From: Moniliella sp. 'wahieum'
Taxonomy: Eukaryota
Length of the DNA stretch: 64,000 bases
Assembly: GCA_003971905.1 (NCBI GenBank)
Contig: RSEE01000048.1
Span: forward strand, 372,001-436,000
Direction of reading: 5' to 3'
Both the position numbers and the translations under genes were made by a program. The notes under the pieces were generated by a model, which saw nothing but the letters and a program-made list of their open reading frames with translations, was not told where the DNA came from and searched no databases. Position 1 is the first letter of the stretch, and each line of letters opens with the position of its first letter. This document shows, in pieces, positions 50,575-64,000 of the stretch.

Positions 50575-51361
50575 TACACGTCGGAATCCCGATGATTATG
50601 TTTATAACAAAGTCCTTGCTATGCCCTCCGCCACACGCTTCGAAGTCACTTCCTTCATCCTTGAGCTATTGTCCATAAACGATCTGGGGCAATACGTCGG
50701 CTCCATGATAGTGGCAGCAACCAACTGAAGACGAGGTGGGAGTAGGTGCCCGTCACAGCCCGCCGGGATGATCCTGATGTATTCCGTCCAACACAGTATA
50801 CCCAAGTCATCTGTTGGTTGTATTTTGCTATGTACACTCCGTACTCTCAGGATGAATCGTGTCTACCCATATCTGTTTTCAGACTGGGCTCGTCGATACT
50901 CCTCTGTCCGATAGCAGGTGGCGGGTTTGGTGCCGCGGTAAGAGCCCATTACACCCGGCTTCACGCGCTACTACCGCGTATACAAAGAGAAGAATCATCA
51001 AAACTCCTATATGTTGCCACACTGAGCCCACACACATCGCGAGGGGAGTTGTCCACCTATATAGTACCTCACGGAGCCATTTCCCCAAATGGTCTACACC
51101 AGTAGATATGCAGTACGCCGTTGTGATTCCGTCCATTTTCGTACCTCACATCAAGACGTCCAGTGCTTTCTACGGGTGTGGCATCATGGTGGCACTAATG
51201 AACGATCGGTCCAAGGGTTGGAACATGCAACAGTACGTCTGTAGCACCTTGGGACAAACCGTGTTTGGTGATTGGCCCAACGACAAATGGTTGTGGTTGA
51301 CTTTGGGCAGAAAGAGGATACAGAGCCGACAGCGGTCCATGTAAGGAGGAGCGAAAAGGTG

Positions 51362-51456
51362 TCTCCCCTCTGGAGTCGAACCCAGGACATTCAGAGCGGA
51401 GAGACTCCACGAAAACCTATTACAATCTGACGCTCTTCCAACTGAGCTAAGGAGAG
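51362..51456 (-). tRNA. tRNA-Tyr(GUA) with 23-nt intron
   Basis: CTCTCCT/AGGGGAG acceptor, GCTC/GAGC D-stem, TCAGA/TCTGA anticodon stem, TT-GTA-A; the T-stem lacks one C in a homopolymer run. Confidence 0.9.
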
Positions 51457-52125
51457 GACTTGAATGCGAAGGGATGCATTTTGGAATTTGGAGCTCATAG
51501 GCGTACGAGCGGCTGTTTACTCCATTTTTTCTCCTGCTATGCTGGTATTCGCGCACCTGGTGATACGCCTTGTATCGGTAACCGAGTTGATGAACTCACC
51601 AGACACACAAAAATCCCAGACCTCCTCATCAGCCTCGCCCAAGTATCTCTTGGCAAGAATGTTGCCGGGCTTCTATCAATTTTCTTGGATGCACATCGCA
51701 CAGAGAAATCAGTGGCTTCTACAACGCATCAGCCACCAACACAACGACCTGCTCTTTCGATCGGCCTGGTTACTTGGAGCCAAGCGGGGGCTGGCTCAGC
51801 TGCGGCTGTGGCTGCGTCTCGAGATCCAATAGGGTCGGCTGTTCCCGCAGCGAACTGGTGACATTGTGTCTACCGTGCCGGGGTGCGTTAGTGTTCCAAG
51901 ATCTTTTCGCCATTGGCGGATCAGGTAGCAGGCAGCTATGGCATTGAACCGTTGGCTGACCGCTACGCCTGCTATAATTTGACGGATGGGGTCTGTCAGA
52001 TAAGTTCAGACAAAACCGGGTTTTGGCACACTCTTCATTACGACAAGAGAAAAAAGAAGGGGACACCGTAACTAAGGGTCAGACGTGATTTTGGGCTGGA
52101 AACAGTCATTGGAACAAGTTCCCCT

Positions 52126-55100
52126 TCAGTCGGCAACGTTTCCGTTGGCGACGCGTTGCCTTCGCTGTGGCCGGCGTAGGGAGGCAGAGAGGCGCGACGT
52201 AGGGAAGGCAGAAAGGTGCGGCGGACGTCTCCCGCCACAGGCAATCCGGATGGCCTCAATTGTGAACTGGACCATCATCGCTGTCCGAAACTTGTAGTCC
52301 TCCACTTGGGTCGAGGAACAGAACGAGCGGGGGAAGCGATGCGCGAGCCACAGGTACAACATGCATGTCCGATGCAGCGATTCGAGCTTGCTCAGGGTAT
52401 CGACATGTACTTTGGGTGCGGTCCGGTCGACAAAGGCGGCTGCGTCCCGACGACGTGCGTACGCCAACGCCGACGACTCGCTCATTGCCTCTCCCGCTGC
52501 CTTTGACCCATCTGGGTTATCCGAAGCAGACGCCTGCCAATTAGGAGGTAGATCGATCAGGGGGTTGACCGGTTGCTGCTCCAGCGCGATAAATGGAATC
52601 TGGCCGGCGCCTTTGGCAAGCGCCTCGGCTTCCAACTGCTCCATCCGCAGCAGTGTCGGTATCATGCCGCTCGCCTCGATCGCCTGGTCAAACAGGACGG
52701 GTGAGCCCTGGATAAAGTAACGGGCAAAAGCCTCAAAGGCATCCCTCACCCGCGGATCCCGCATGTTCGCAGGCGCATCCGAGAAGAGGAGCTGTTGCTC
52801 AATCGTCAAATGCTCACCCGAATCCAATTGGACAGGTTTCTCGGCATCGGCGGCCTCGAGTCCATCTTTGGCCTGCTCCAAAGTGCTTTGCACATTGTTC
52901 GTGTCCGATGAACGAGCCCTTGCGACCTTCTCAAACACTTCTAGCACATTGAGTTGGTCAGGAGCGTTGGATTGGAAAAAGAGGTCCTCGTCGATCTGAA
53001 CCAACATCTGAGCATCGCGTCGTAGGGCCAGAAGCGACCGTCTGCCCCGTTGGCAGACGAGGGCTCCGCGTCGGTAGGCGAGGGCTCCTCGTTGGGAGGC
53101 GAGGGCCCCGTTGGTAGGCGAGGGCTCCCCGTTGGTAGGCGAGGGCCCCGTTGGTAGGCGAGGGCTCCCGTTGGTAGGCGAGGGCTCACCGTTGGTAGGC
53201 GAGGGCTCACCGTTGGTAGGCGAGGGCTCACCGTTGGTAGGCGAGGGCTCATCGTCCACAGCACCAGTCTCAATCGTCAGATCCGTTGTCTCTTGATCAG
53301 CACTTGCATCGGGATTAGGGAGAGAATCAGCCAATCTGGCTAGGTCGACCGCAGCCGTTGATGGGACCATGAAGGCGGCTCGGGGAATGGGTTGGGAAGG
53401 CGCCTGGAGCGCCTTGACCAGCACGGCGAGGTCTTTGGGTTGCATGGTGGTAACGTTGCCCTGCAAGCCGCCAGTGGGGCCTTCGTACCCGCCTGCCTGC
53501 TCGGCAATTTGCCTGATCTGCGTGCTGGTCATGTTTTGAACGCCGAGTTGGTCGTCGTACTTGGTCAGTCGATGGAACACAACCCGGTTGATTTTCCTGG
53601 TCCAGAGGCAAAGTCAGCTTGATGAGAAGTCCAAATCGCAAGAGTAGGGAAAGGTCAAACGTACAGGCCCAATCCATGTTCCAGTCCAGCGTCCTGGCTG
53701 GCCACCATCACATGGTAGCCGGAAGTATGATCGTTGAACAAACGGACCTGCTCAGCGAGCGTCTCGGGGGGTAGCCCATCATACACAACGGCACACATCA
53801 ACCCAGTGTGTTGTTCCACTATGCGTTTGACATCAAACACCCGGTCGCGGGAAGAAGTGACGAGGCAGTCTCCCCTTCGAACCCGACCAAAATCATTGCC
53901 AAAAGACATGGACTGCACTTCCATCGGTATCTTACGGTGGTACTGATGGATGTGCACCGTGTCTCCAGTGGCTTTGGCAATCTCCTCGATCAGCGGAATG
54001 GCGCTTTGATCGCCACATAGATGAAGCTCCTTGGCGGGCACACCCAACAACGCATTGGTCCACGCATGGCCACGCTTCGGGTCCAAGATCATCTGGATCT
54101 CATCAATCACCGCCACCTCCACCGGCACTTCCGGCACCACCTCCCACCGTGCACGAGGTGAAGGTGGCCGAGTCCTCGAACACGCGTTCCTCGTCGGCGG
54201 TAAGTAAGTTGCACTTCCGCGTTTGCTCCCCTAGCTTTGGTTGGGTAGAATTGATGCGGTGCCAAATCTCGTGTGCGCGTAGGCGGAGCGGACTGACGTA
54301 CAACCCAGTCTCGGCATCCATGAGGCACTTCAGGGCATGGTCTGTTCGGCCACTGTTGCCTGCGCCGACGTGAAGGTGAATCTGACGGGTCATACCGTGC
54401 GTGATGGGAAAACGGTTCATAGGTGTGCGGTAGTCCAGCGCCTGGACAAGATTCCGGATCCGCTCTGCTTCCGTGATTGCTGGCTCAACGATTTGGAAAG
54501 TGAGCACCGGGCTTTGGCTAGGTGTCACCAACGCCTTCTCTACAAAGTTGAGAAACATATTGGTGAGCAGTCGGCCAATCACTTTGACATCCGGTTCTAG
54601 CGCCAACGTTGTCCGTAGTTTCTCGAGCGGCCATCCTTTCTGCTCGAGTTCTTCGAGGAAAGTAGGGTGCCAGAGAGCATACCGTATTTCAGCCCGCATC
54701 CTGTTGGACCAAAGTTCAAGCAAGGGCCCGAGAGCGGGATGAGCGGGGTGGGGTGGGGTGAGGGGTAATCTTGAGGTGGGAAATAACGAGGCGTGCAATT
54801 TCGTCCGTCACACCATTCGCGGCGAGCAAGTCGAGGATGTAGGGGTTCTTGCTAAAGTCGGGCAGATGATTGCCAATCCTGAGAACAATCTGTTTTGGCG
54901 ACAGCAGCTCCACAGGACCAAATTCGGGAGGAGCGGGTGCATTGTCATCGCAATCCTGGAGGCGAGGTTGATTAGGCAACGAGGAGCTGGCGCGCAGGGT
55001 GGTGATGGCATCTGACAAGAATGAGGTGAAGTAGGGGCCGGGGCTAACTGGGGAAGAGTTGGTGCTGGAAGTGACATTGGGGGGGTCACTACTAAGAGGT

Positions 55101-56275
55101 TTGGCGTTGCCCTTGGATTCTTGGGAGCCCGATTTCGCGCCTGGACCTGCTTTTGCACTGTTCTTTGATTTGGGTGACACGGGGGGAACGGGGTGGGCAC
55201 TGCCGCTAGCTTTTTCGGAGCCCGTTAGGTCCTCCTTTGCACCCTGCTTTGATTTGGGCGGCACTGGGGGAACGGGGTTGGCACTGCCGCTAGCTTCGTC
55301 GGAGACCGTCAGGTCCTCCTTTGCCCTGCATTGATTTGGGCGACACTGGGGGGACAGGATTGACGTTACCGCTAGCTTCTTCGGAGCCCGTTTGTGCGCA
55401 AGGGACCTGATTTGTACCCCGCTTTGGATTGGTGGGGACAGCGGGAACGGGGCTAGCGCTGCCGTTGGATTCGACCGAGGCCGATTTAGGGGCGGGTCCG
55501 TGTTAGGTGTTGGCTTTGGCTTTGGCTTTGGCTTCGGACTGGCTTTGGTTTTGGTTTGGCCGGCTGAGGGGGAATGGGCTTAGCACTTTCGCTGGATTTG
55601 TCCGAGGTAGACGGGACACTGGTCTCCTCTTGTACGTCCTGTTTGGGTTGTTTTGGGTTGGGGGACTTGGCAGGAGCGGGGCTGAGATTGGGGTCGGACT
55701 CAGCTTGACCTGCGAGCTTGAGGGGGGAGCTTGCCCTGTGGGGTGCCGTCATTGGGGCTGGAACTGGAGGGACCGGCATTGGCGCCAGCTTCGCTGTCGG
55801 GGGCCTTTGGCTTTGGCTTGATTTGGCTTTGGTTTGGCCGGCTGAGGGGGCATGGGTTTAGCACTTTCTCCGGATTTGTCCGAGGTAGACGGGACACTGG
55901 TCTCCTCTTGCACGTCCTGTTTGGGTTGCTTTGGTTTGGGGGACTTGGCAGGAGCGGGGCTGAGATTGGGGTCGGACTTAGCTTTGGCTGTGGGCTTGTG
56001 GGGGAGGGGTTGCCCTGGGGATGCTGTCATTGGGGCTGGGACTGGAGGGACCGGCATTGGTGCCAGCTTCGCTGTCGGGGGCTCGCGCTGCGTTGGGGGA
56101 TGGATGGTGGAGGGGGTGGAAGGGATTGTGGGGGCCGCAGGCGCGTGGCTGCCGGTAGATGGCGTGCCCGGGGGGCGGCGGAGGCGGAGGTGGAGACCAG
56201 CGCATGGCGGACGAGCAGACGGCGGCTGGCCAGCACACGCGCCGGCTGAATGCGCGCCAGGGAGGCGACGAGCAT
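52126..56275 (-). CDS. Mitochondrial SUV3-family helicase homologue with degenerate ATPase motifs (intron about 53602-53664)
   Basis: Arg-rich presequence MLVASLARIQPARVLASRR; RQIHLHVG, PLRL.AHE, CNLLT, AVIDEIQMI.D..RGHAWTNALLG, ELHLCG, GDCLV, LPPET, LESLH...LYLWLAHRFP. Confidence 0.88.
53049..53250. repeat. 21-nt coding minisatellite, about 10 units (EPSPTNG) in SUV3-like gene
   Basis: gttggtaggcgagggctcacc and variants in tandem. Confidence 0.9.
55164..55465. repeat. About 84-nt coding tandem repeat, 3-4 units
   Basis: tttgatttgggNgNcacNgggggaacgggg..gcactgccgctagctt.. recurring at 55164, 55248, 55331 and degenerate near 55423. Confidence 0.85.
55510..56080. repeat. About 279-nt coding tandem duplication (2 units)
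   Basis: ggtctcctct.. anchors at 55621 and 55899; both units encode PKQPKQDVQEETSVPSTSDKS. Confidence 0.9.
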
Positions 56276-56709
56276 CGCAGGCAGGCTAGCCGATGGCAGA
56301 AGACGCCGCCGCTCTTCCCAACCGCCAGCTTGGGGCGGGAGCCTGTGCTGCTGCTACAAGAAGCCGCCCGTTGCAGTGGCCAAAATACCTCGTCGGTGCA
56401 ATCCCCCCCGGGAGAGAAGGTACGCTTCCGCCCGCTGCGGAACCAGGCCGTGCTCGTGTGGCGCAGCGCAATTGAAACAACACCAACCCGACAGCATCAC
56501 ATGTCACATGTGATAGCCGCCATATGCGGCACGTGACATGCCACGCATGGCCTGCTTTCAACTTTCACTCGTGTCCGCCCCAGAGCCCCCCAGAGCCCCG
56601 CCCAATCATTAATCACAGCACCTGCCTGCTGCTGCCCGCACCGATCCAGCCACGCTTTTCGTGCCCTCGCTCCGCGCGTCCAAGGCGCAGACCCAGTACC
56701 CCACGCCGC

Positions 56710-57700
56710 ATCTGCTACCGTCGTGGCCACCACCCAGAGCGGCATCCAGGTCCTCCATGCGGATGTGATCCAGTGTCGCCCAAAGGTAAGGGTTGTTGCG
56801 ACCATGGGCGCGCTTCGTGCTGTGGGCCCTTGAGCTTGTGGTCCAGCGCAACCTGGACGAAAACGACAGACCAATGGTTTCGGTCTTTGTCGCCCCCTCC
56901 TAGTTTGCCCCTAAGGAAGACGTAGCCGCCTATCCGCATATCTTACCTGTCGATTCCGCCGCCGCTTTGGCCTCCATTTTCTTCTCTGCCCCCCTTGGGA
57001 GCCAGGATGGCCCAACTCTTCAGACCAGTCCCCGGCTTTGCCGCGCCGCGTGCCTCGCATTTTTTCCCAGGTGTGTGAGATGTACCGCCATGGGTTTACT
57101 CATTGGGGTCGCCGATCAGGCGAGTCCTTTCCTTCAGGCCGAGGGTTTGAGCAAGCAAATGGGGGGCACATACCGCCCCGCCTTCTTCCGCGGTGTAGCC
57201 ACGCTTGTCACCCAGCTCTTTCACTTTATCCCGATCATACTTACTCTGGTCAAAGGACATTCAATCAGTCTTATTCTCCGTCGTCTTGTGTCCGATCTTC
57301 AGTTCTCCTATACGCTCCTTCGGGCGACCATGGGGTCATCAGGCCAATCGATCGCGATCCCAAACCTTCGCTTGCCCTCATCAGCCACAACACGTGTCTC
57401 TCGCCCAAGGTGCGTGCGCCCGTATCACCCCTCTCTCTCACGTCTTGTTCGGCGACTCGGAGGCATAGGAAACGTCGTATGAAACGATCCGATTGATACA
57501 AGTGCTCGATGCCACTCTTTCCACTTTGGCAGTCGAGATTCGTCGAGTTCCCCAAAATAAAGTGTACCTCGCACATAACTACCATTAACGGCCCTCACAC
57601 TGTAGACCCTAGAACGCACCCTCCCGTGTCATCTTCTCGGGCACGATCAACATTGCGGATGCATTGCCTGATGGTCAACCTGCTGCCAAGCCGACCCGGC
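56710..57700 (+). pseudogene. PAN6: Pantoate-beta-alanine ligase (pantothenate synthetase) pseudogene
   Basis: VVATMGALR..GP, ENDRPMVSVFVAPS*FAPKED..YP (TAG 56901-56903), GLSKQMGGTYRPAFFRGVATLVTQLF, PDHTYSGQ, RDP..LALISHNTCLS. HxGH and SSRN motifs eroded. Confidence 0.85.
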
Positions 57701-57883
57701 TGATGCTTGGGTATTCCGTTTGAGTGTCTTTGTTTCATGCTACTCCCTGACGGCAAGTGTCATGCAGTGCGCACCTGCCAACATCAATGCTCTTATGCAC
57801 ACTCACTGCTTGTTCCTCCAAAATGGCTTCGCGCTTCGCTTCCAAAATGCCCTTATTTCTGATGGACTGCAGTGTGACCGGTG

Positions 57884-58152
57884 TGTGACCCCCATGTTTG
57901 TACTCATTACCTTTTCTCCTCAAAACTCTTGTCTCTCGTTCTGATGGTCGAGGGTACATGTGGGTAAAGATCCTTCCCTTATGATGCGTCAACGTCGTTG
58001 GCGTCTCTATAGTGGTAGGTGTGACCCCCATGTTTGTACTCACTACCTTTCTCCCTCCACACTCCTTGTCTCTCGTTCTGATGGTCGAGGGCACATGTGG
58101 GTAAAGATCTCTCCCTATTGCTGGTCAACGTCGTTGGCGTCTATAGTGGTAG
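57884..58152. repeat. Diverged tandem duplication of about 135 nt
   Basis: gtgtgacccccatgtttgtactca..ttgtctctcgttctgatggtcgaggg.acatgtgggtaaagatc..tcaacgtcgttggcgtct..atagtggtag occurs twice. Confidence 0.9.
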
Positions 58153-58355
58153 CTGCCCTCGTATGCAATCTGCACCGAAGCGGTCGACGACCAAAGCGTC
58201 CAAATTTAGAGATCGCAGCGTGGATCTGCTCTTTCAACTTCAAAAAAATGCATTTGCGTCAGCGCATCCGAGTTCGTACGTTCATCGATGAGTTCGACAG
58301 CAAGCTGTCCGCCACCAGCGGCCTTTCGCCCAGTACCCAGGGTGGGAGCCACAAC

Positions 58356-59296
58356 ATGCCCAAGCTTCTGCTTTCGCGGAAGCCTCCTCCACACTCCACT
58401 CCCTCCTTCTCGGGACCGAGCTGGATGCGGTTGTGCGGTCCGAACTAACCGTGGCTCTTGAGCAGGTACCCTCCCGCCCCCATCTCCTACAGCAGAAAAG
58501 ACCCAGGACCCAGCCGACTTGCCTGCCATCCCTCCTCCTGTTCCCAAGGTGGTGCACCATGCTCTCTTATCCAGGTGGTTGAGGCCATGCGCGATGCGGG
58601 GGTGCAAGGCCCCACCCTGGCCAGCCTGGTGAAGGGTGCGACGGTCTACCACCCTCCGCGGCCGGTGTACAAGCGCCCCCCGAGTTGGATGCGCTCCTGG
58701 CGCGGATCAAGGTGGCACAGGACAAGGCGGCGTACGAAGCCATGGTGCACGGAGACGATGTGTCTCTGTCTGGCAAACCAAGCATGAACGGAGCGGGTGT
58801 GCCCGCGGTTGTGCCTCACGAACCTACCCTCCTTGCTGCCCCCCCATGGACGAGAAGGAAGCCTGGCGTCAGATCCGCTCTGCCTTGTCGGCCATTACCT
58901 CGGTTCTCTCAGTATGGCAGGCGTTGTGACGGCAGTATGGCAAGCGGGCGGAACAGCGTCTGTGGTATGGGTAGGTCTTTCCTTTCTTTCTGTTGGCTTC
59001 TTCCTTGGACACGAAACCTGACATGCTTCTCAGAAAACTCTGACCGCCCTTGGCCTGGCCCTGATTGTGGCTGGGGCCGAGACTTTTTGTACATGCGTGC
59101 CTTTGGCTTTTCCAGCCTAGCACACATCATCCACCTGGGCCTGAGCCGGTCTCTGCCTCTGCGCCTTCCACCCGGCCGCTGCCTACTGCCACCCTGCCCA
59201 GCGAGGATGTCTTGGCTCGGTTGCGACAAGAACAGGATCAAGCCACAACCAGCATCTCGCTCACCACCCTCCTCCTGCCCCCCCCACCTCTTCTGA
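58356..59296 (+). CDS. VMA12: V-ATPase assembly factor Vma12/Vph2 (TMEM199) family (intron about 58971-59033)
   Basis: LASLVKGATVYHPP..PELDALLARIK...YEAMV; WRQIRSALSAITSVL(L)SMAGV; LALIVAGAE.FLY (two TM helices). 3' end uncertain. Confidence 0.75.
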
Positions 59297-60261
59297 CGCC
59301 GACGCCGAAAAACAGAGCAATAAGACAAACACACACTCCTCCGCCGTCGCCAGCCGCCGGGGAGCCCGCAAGCGCAGAAACAAGTAACCATCACCTCCGC
59401 TCGCGCGCTACTTCCCACCAGTGGATTTGCCTCCTGGAGCTATGTATCAACTGTGGCCCGCTTCCACCTTACCTGTTTTGAGGGACCAACAATCGTGACA
59501 GTGAGAAAGAGACGACGGAGATGGATAGGTTAGGCGGAGGATGGCGGACCGGGACAGGCCCCGTCACTCTTTTGAACCACCGAGACGGCCGGCCGAGTTA
59601 TCCGTCCTGAGGCGGCACACATACAGGGTAGTGCGGCGTGTACCATCACATCGTCACTTGGCCCAGTCGTTGACGCATAGCTTGACAGGGCAGCCCAGGA
59701 CAGGTGCCGGTGAGGAGACAACCAGTGGCTGTGACGACAATGGACCACAGGATTTTCCGTATCCCCTCACGCATCATGTGAGGATCTCCCCTGGTAATCT
59801 ATCGTAGCACTATCTCTCTTTCCCCCTCTCAGAGTTACTAGTTCCTGCCGACTGTTGTGCGGCGGGCGGGGGGCATGGAGAGGGGAGATGAGGCTCTTGA
59901 GGCCTGAAGTGGGATGACGCGGACGCAGCGCGAAAACGCGACGCGTGCGCGTCGTCTGCTGGGCCACTGGTGCGTACCTAACTGAGCTACTGAGTACTGA
60001 GTTACCGAGTCCTGAACTCGGCGATGTAATTCCGCTGCAAATTTGCCGTCCAGCGCCCAACGACAGCCTCTCGCCCCCAGCTCTTGCACGCTCCGTTCCG
60101 CCCCGGCCTTTTTTTTTTGCCATCAGGCCGCCGTCTCGCCATTTTTTTCCCTCCTCCCCCCGACCAACCACCTGGACGCGACTTGAGAGCGGCGGCCCGC
60201 TGGCAGACGGTTATCTGCCCTTCCATCCCCCACCCACACCCGTCTACCCCACCCCACCACC

Positions 60262-62281
<2,020 letters not shown>

Positions 62282-63368
62282 CTTGCTCGGCCTGCCCGCT
62301 GGGGGTCCCAGTGAGCTGAGATGGAGCAGCTGTGGTCCCTCACCGAGTCGACGGCGATCATCAATCAGCATTGGTCATTTGCGTGGTGTTGGCACCCATA
62401 GGAACACGTTGGGAGCTTGTAGCTGGATGCCTGAGCCGCAAGCAGGTGGACCCAGTGAGCTAGTGCGGTCGGGTTGGAAGGGTGTACTGCTTAACAGGGA
62501 TGTCGTGACAGGGGACGCGTTTAGCTTTATGTTGTACGTTGACCTAAGCCCTAGCGTGTAAAAAAACTGGCGTGCAACCCGTCTTGACTGCTGCCGGCTG
62601 CTGCCGCCGCTGCTCAATGGGGCCAGACGGGGGTGTTGTGCAGATTGGGCGCTCTGTTTTCGCTCTGTTTTCGCTCGGCTCCGACCCAGTGCTGAAGCGC
62701 TGAGCGTTAGCGCTCCGTGCTGCGTGCTGCGTCGCTCTGCCCCCCCGGCTGAGCCTCAGCACCCACACCACGCCCATCCCCCTCCCGACACTCGCCCCGG
62801 GCGAGCGGCGAGCATGGAGCAGCGCACCGCACCGCGTCAGTGCAGGACGGGACGGAGAGGCAGGCACACGGCCCCCCGCCCCCCCGGGCACTTGGGATGC
62901 ACTACACTGCCCTCGTCCGACCGCGATCGGCGTAGGCCGGCCGCATGCGGAGCAGGCACCAGCACGGCGCCCGTGTACGCCTGCTTCCAGCACGGAGGCA
63001 GCCGGGTCCGACAAGCGCCGCCACGCAAAAGCCAAGCCGTGCGGGCGCCCGGCAGAGGGTGCTCGGCGGTGGCCTTCACGGTCACCTGGAGCGTGAAGCT
63101 TCAAGCTTGGCGAGAGGGGGCGAGCCCTTGGGTGCTGCGGCGGAGATCTGCTCGGACCACTACCACCCATCCCTCCCTTGCGCTTCTGCCCTTCCCCTGC
63201 CCCCCTCCGCCCCCTCCGCCCCTCCCGCCCCCTCCGCCCCTCCCGCCCACACTCTCTTCACCCGCTGCGGCTGGCCGCACTCCGCCCACAACTCCTCTCC
63301 CTCTCTCCCTCGCCTTCTCTTGCTCCTCCTCCCTTGCTCTTTATCTCGCTCCTCTCTCTCTTCCGCCC

Positions 63369-64000
63369 ATGCCCGCCCACCCGCCTTCTGCGCTCCCCAG
63401 CTGGCCTGGCCCGCCGCCGCGGCCCACAGCCTCCCTCCTCCCGAGCTGGACCTTGACCTGGCCCCGTTCCCGCCCTCGTCGACGCCAGCGACGACGACGA
63501 CGACGTTGACAGCACCAGCAGCTCCCCTTCCACCTCTCTCGGCTCGCTGCGCGACTTTGCTGCGGTGGGCGTACACCCGATTGGCGCCAAGCCGCTGCCC
63601 GACGAGGTCCTGGTCCCCATCCAGTCCGTCGCCCCGGGCACGCTCGCCCACTTTTCCCACCCGCCGCGCGTCACCACCTTCCGTATCGACCCTACTCCTC
63701 CCTGGCTTGCTTCGTCCGAGCCGGACAGCAATGCGCTGATCGAATGCTGGGACTGGGACAACACGTTTGGTCCCGCCCGGTTATGCCCACTGCCTCTCCC
63801 CGTCCGTCGAGCCAGACCCATGGACGCAACGTCGAGCGCCGTGCGCTCTCTTCATCTCTTCCTTCTTCCTTTCCGGCGCTCGACGCTTCCCCCCCCGGCG
63901 TCGCCGCTGTCGCGCTTGTCGATCGCCATGCGTCACGCCGTCCAGCGTCGTCTTAGTTTCTCCTCCGAGACCAGCCCAGACAGCCTGTCAGTCCGGGTCG
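63369..64000 (+). CDS. Hypothetical protein, 5' part
   Basis: Pyrimidine-rich leader then ATG CCC GCC; coding-like frames LPDEVLVPIQSVAPG..RIDPTPPW..ECWDWD; family not recognised. Confidence 0.35.

Noticed and set aside
50600..52050. Short ORFs between and after the tRNA-Gly and tRNA-Tyr genes
   Set aside because: Lower-GC sequence with no recognisable domain or host-like codon usage; a gene or TE call cannot be supported.

Overview
Eukaryotic nuclear DNA: a gene-dense, GC-rich fungal chromosome segment, most likely a basidiomycete (inferred from short GT..CTRAC..YAG introns, gene content and intron-containing tRNAs). The assembly has many single-base, mostly homopolymer indels, so even essential genes are split across ORF-track frames and CDS ends are approximate. 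Protein genes in order: LEA-like protein, SLD3, SH3 protein, KAR2/BiP, divergent RPL16/RPL32 pair, SFC1, PMT1, small membrane protein, PET191/COA5, STE23/insulysin, secreted alpha/beta hydrolase, AhpC/TSA-like protein, Zn2Cys6 transcription factor, SEC39, ZCCHC9-like zinc knuckle protein, single-pass membrane protein, RPS21, SUV3-like helicase, decayed PAN6, VMA12, URA7 and a 3' hypothetical gene. There are five intron-containing tRNA genes (His, Val x2, Gly, Tyr) and an snR3-type H/ACA snoRNA inside the RPS21 intron. Main unexplained signals: (1) about 25 intergenic 7-nt-period tandem arrays that differ in sequence but follow one rule, an A....T palindromic hexamer plus one spacer base, with a dense mosaic at 10.4-11.1 kb; (2) a full-length SUV3 homologue whose Walker A lysine and both motif VI arginines are substituted (candidate pseudo-helicase); (3) a pantothenate synthetase pseudogene with substitution damage unlike the assembly indels.
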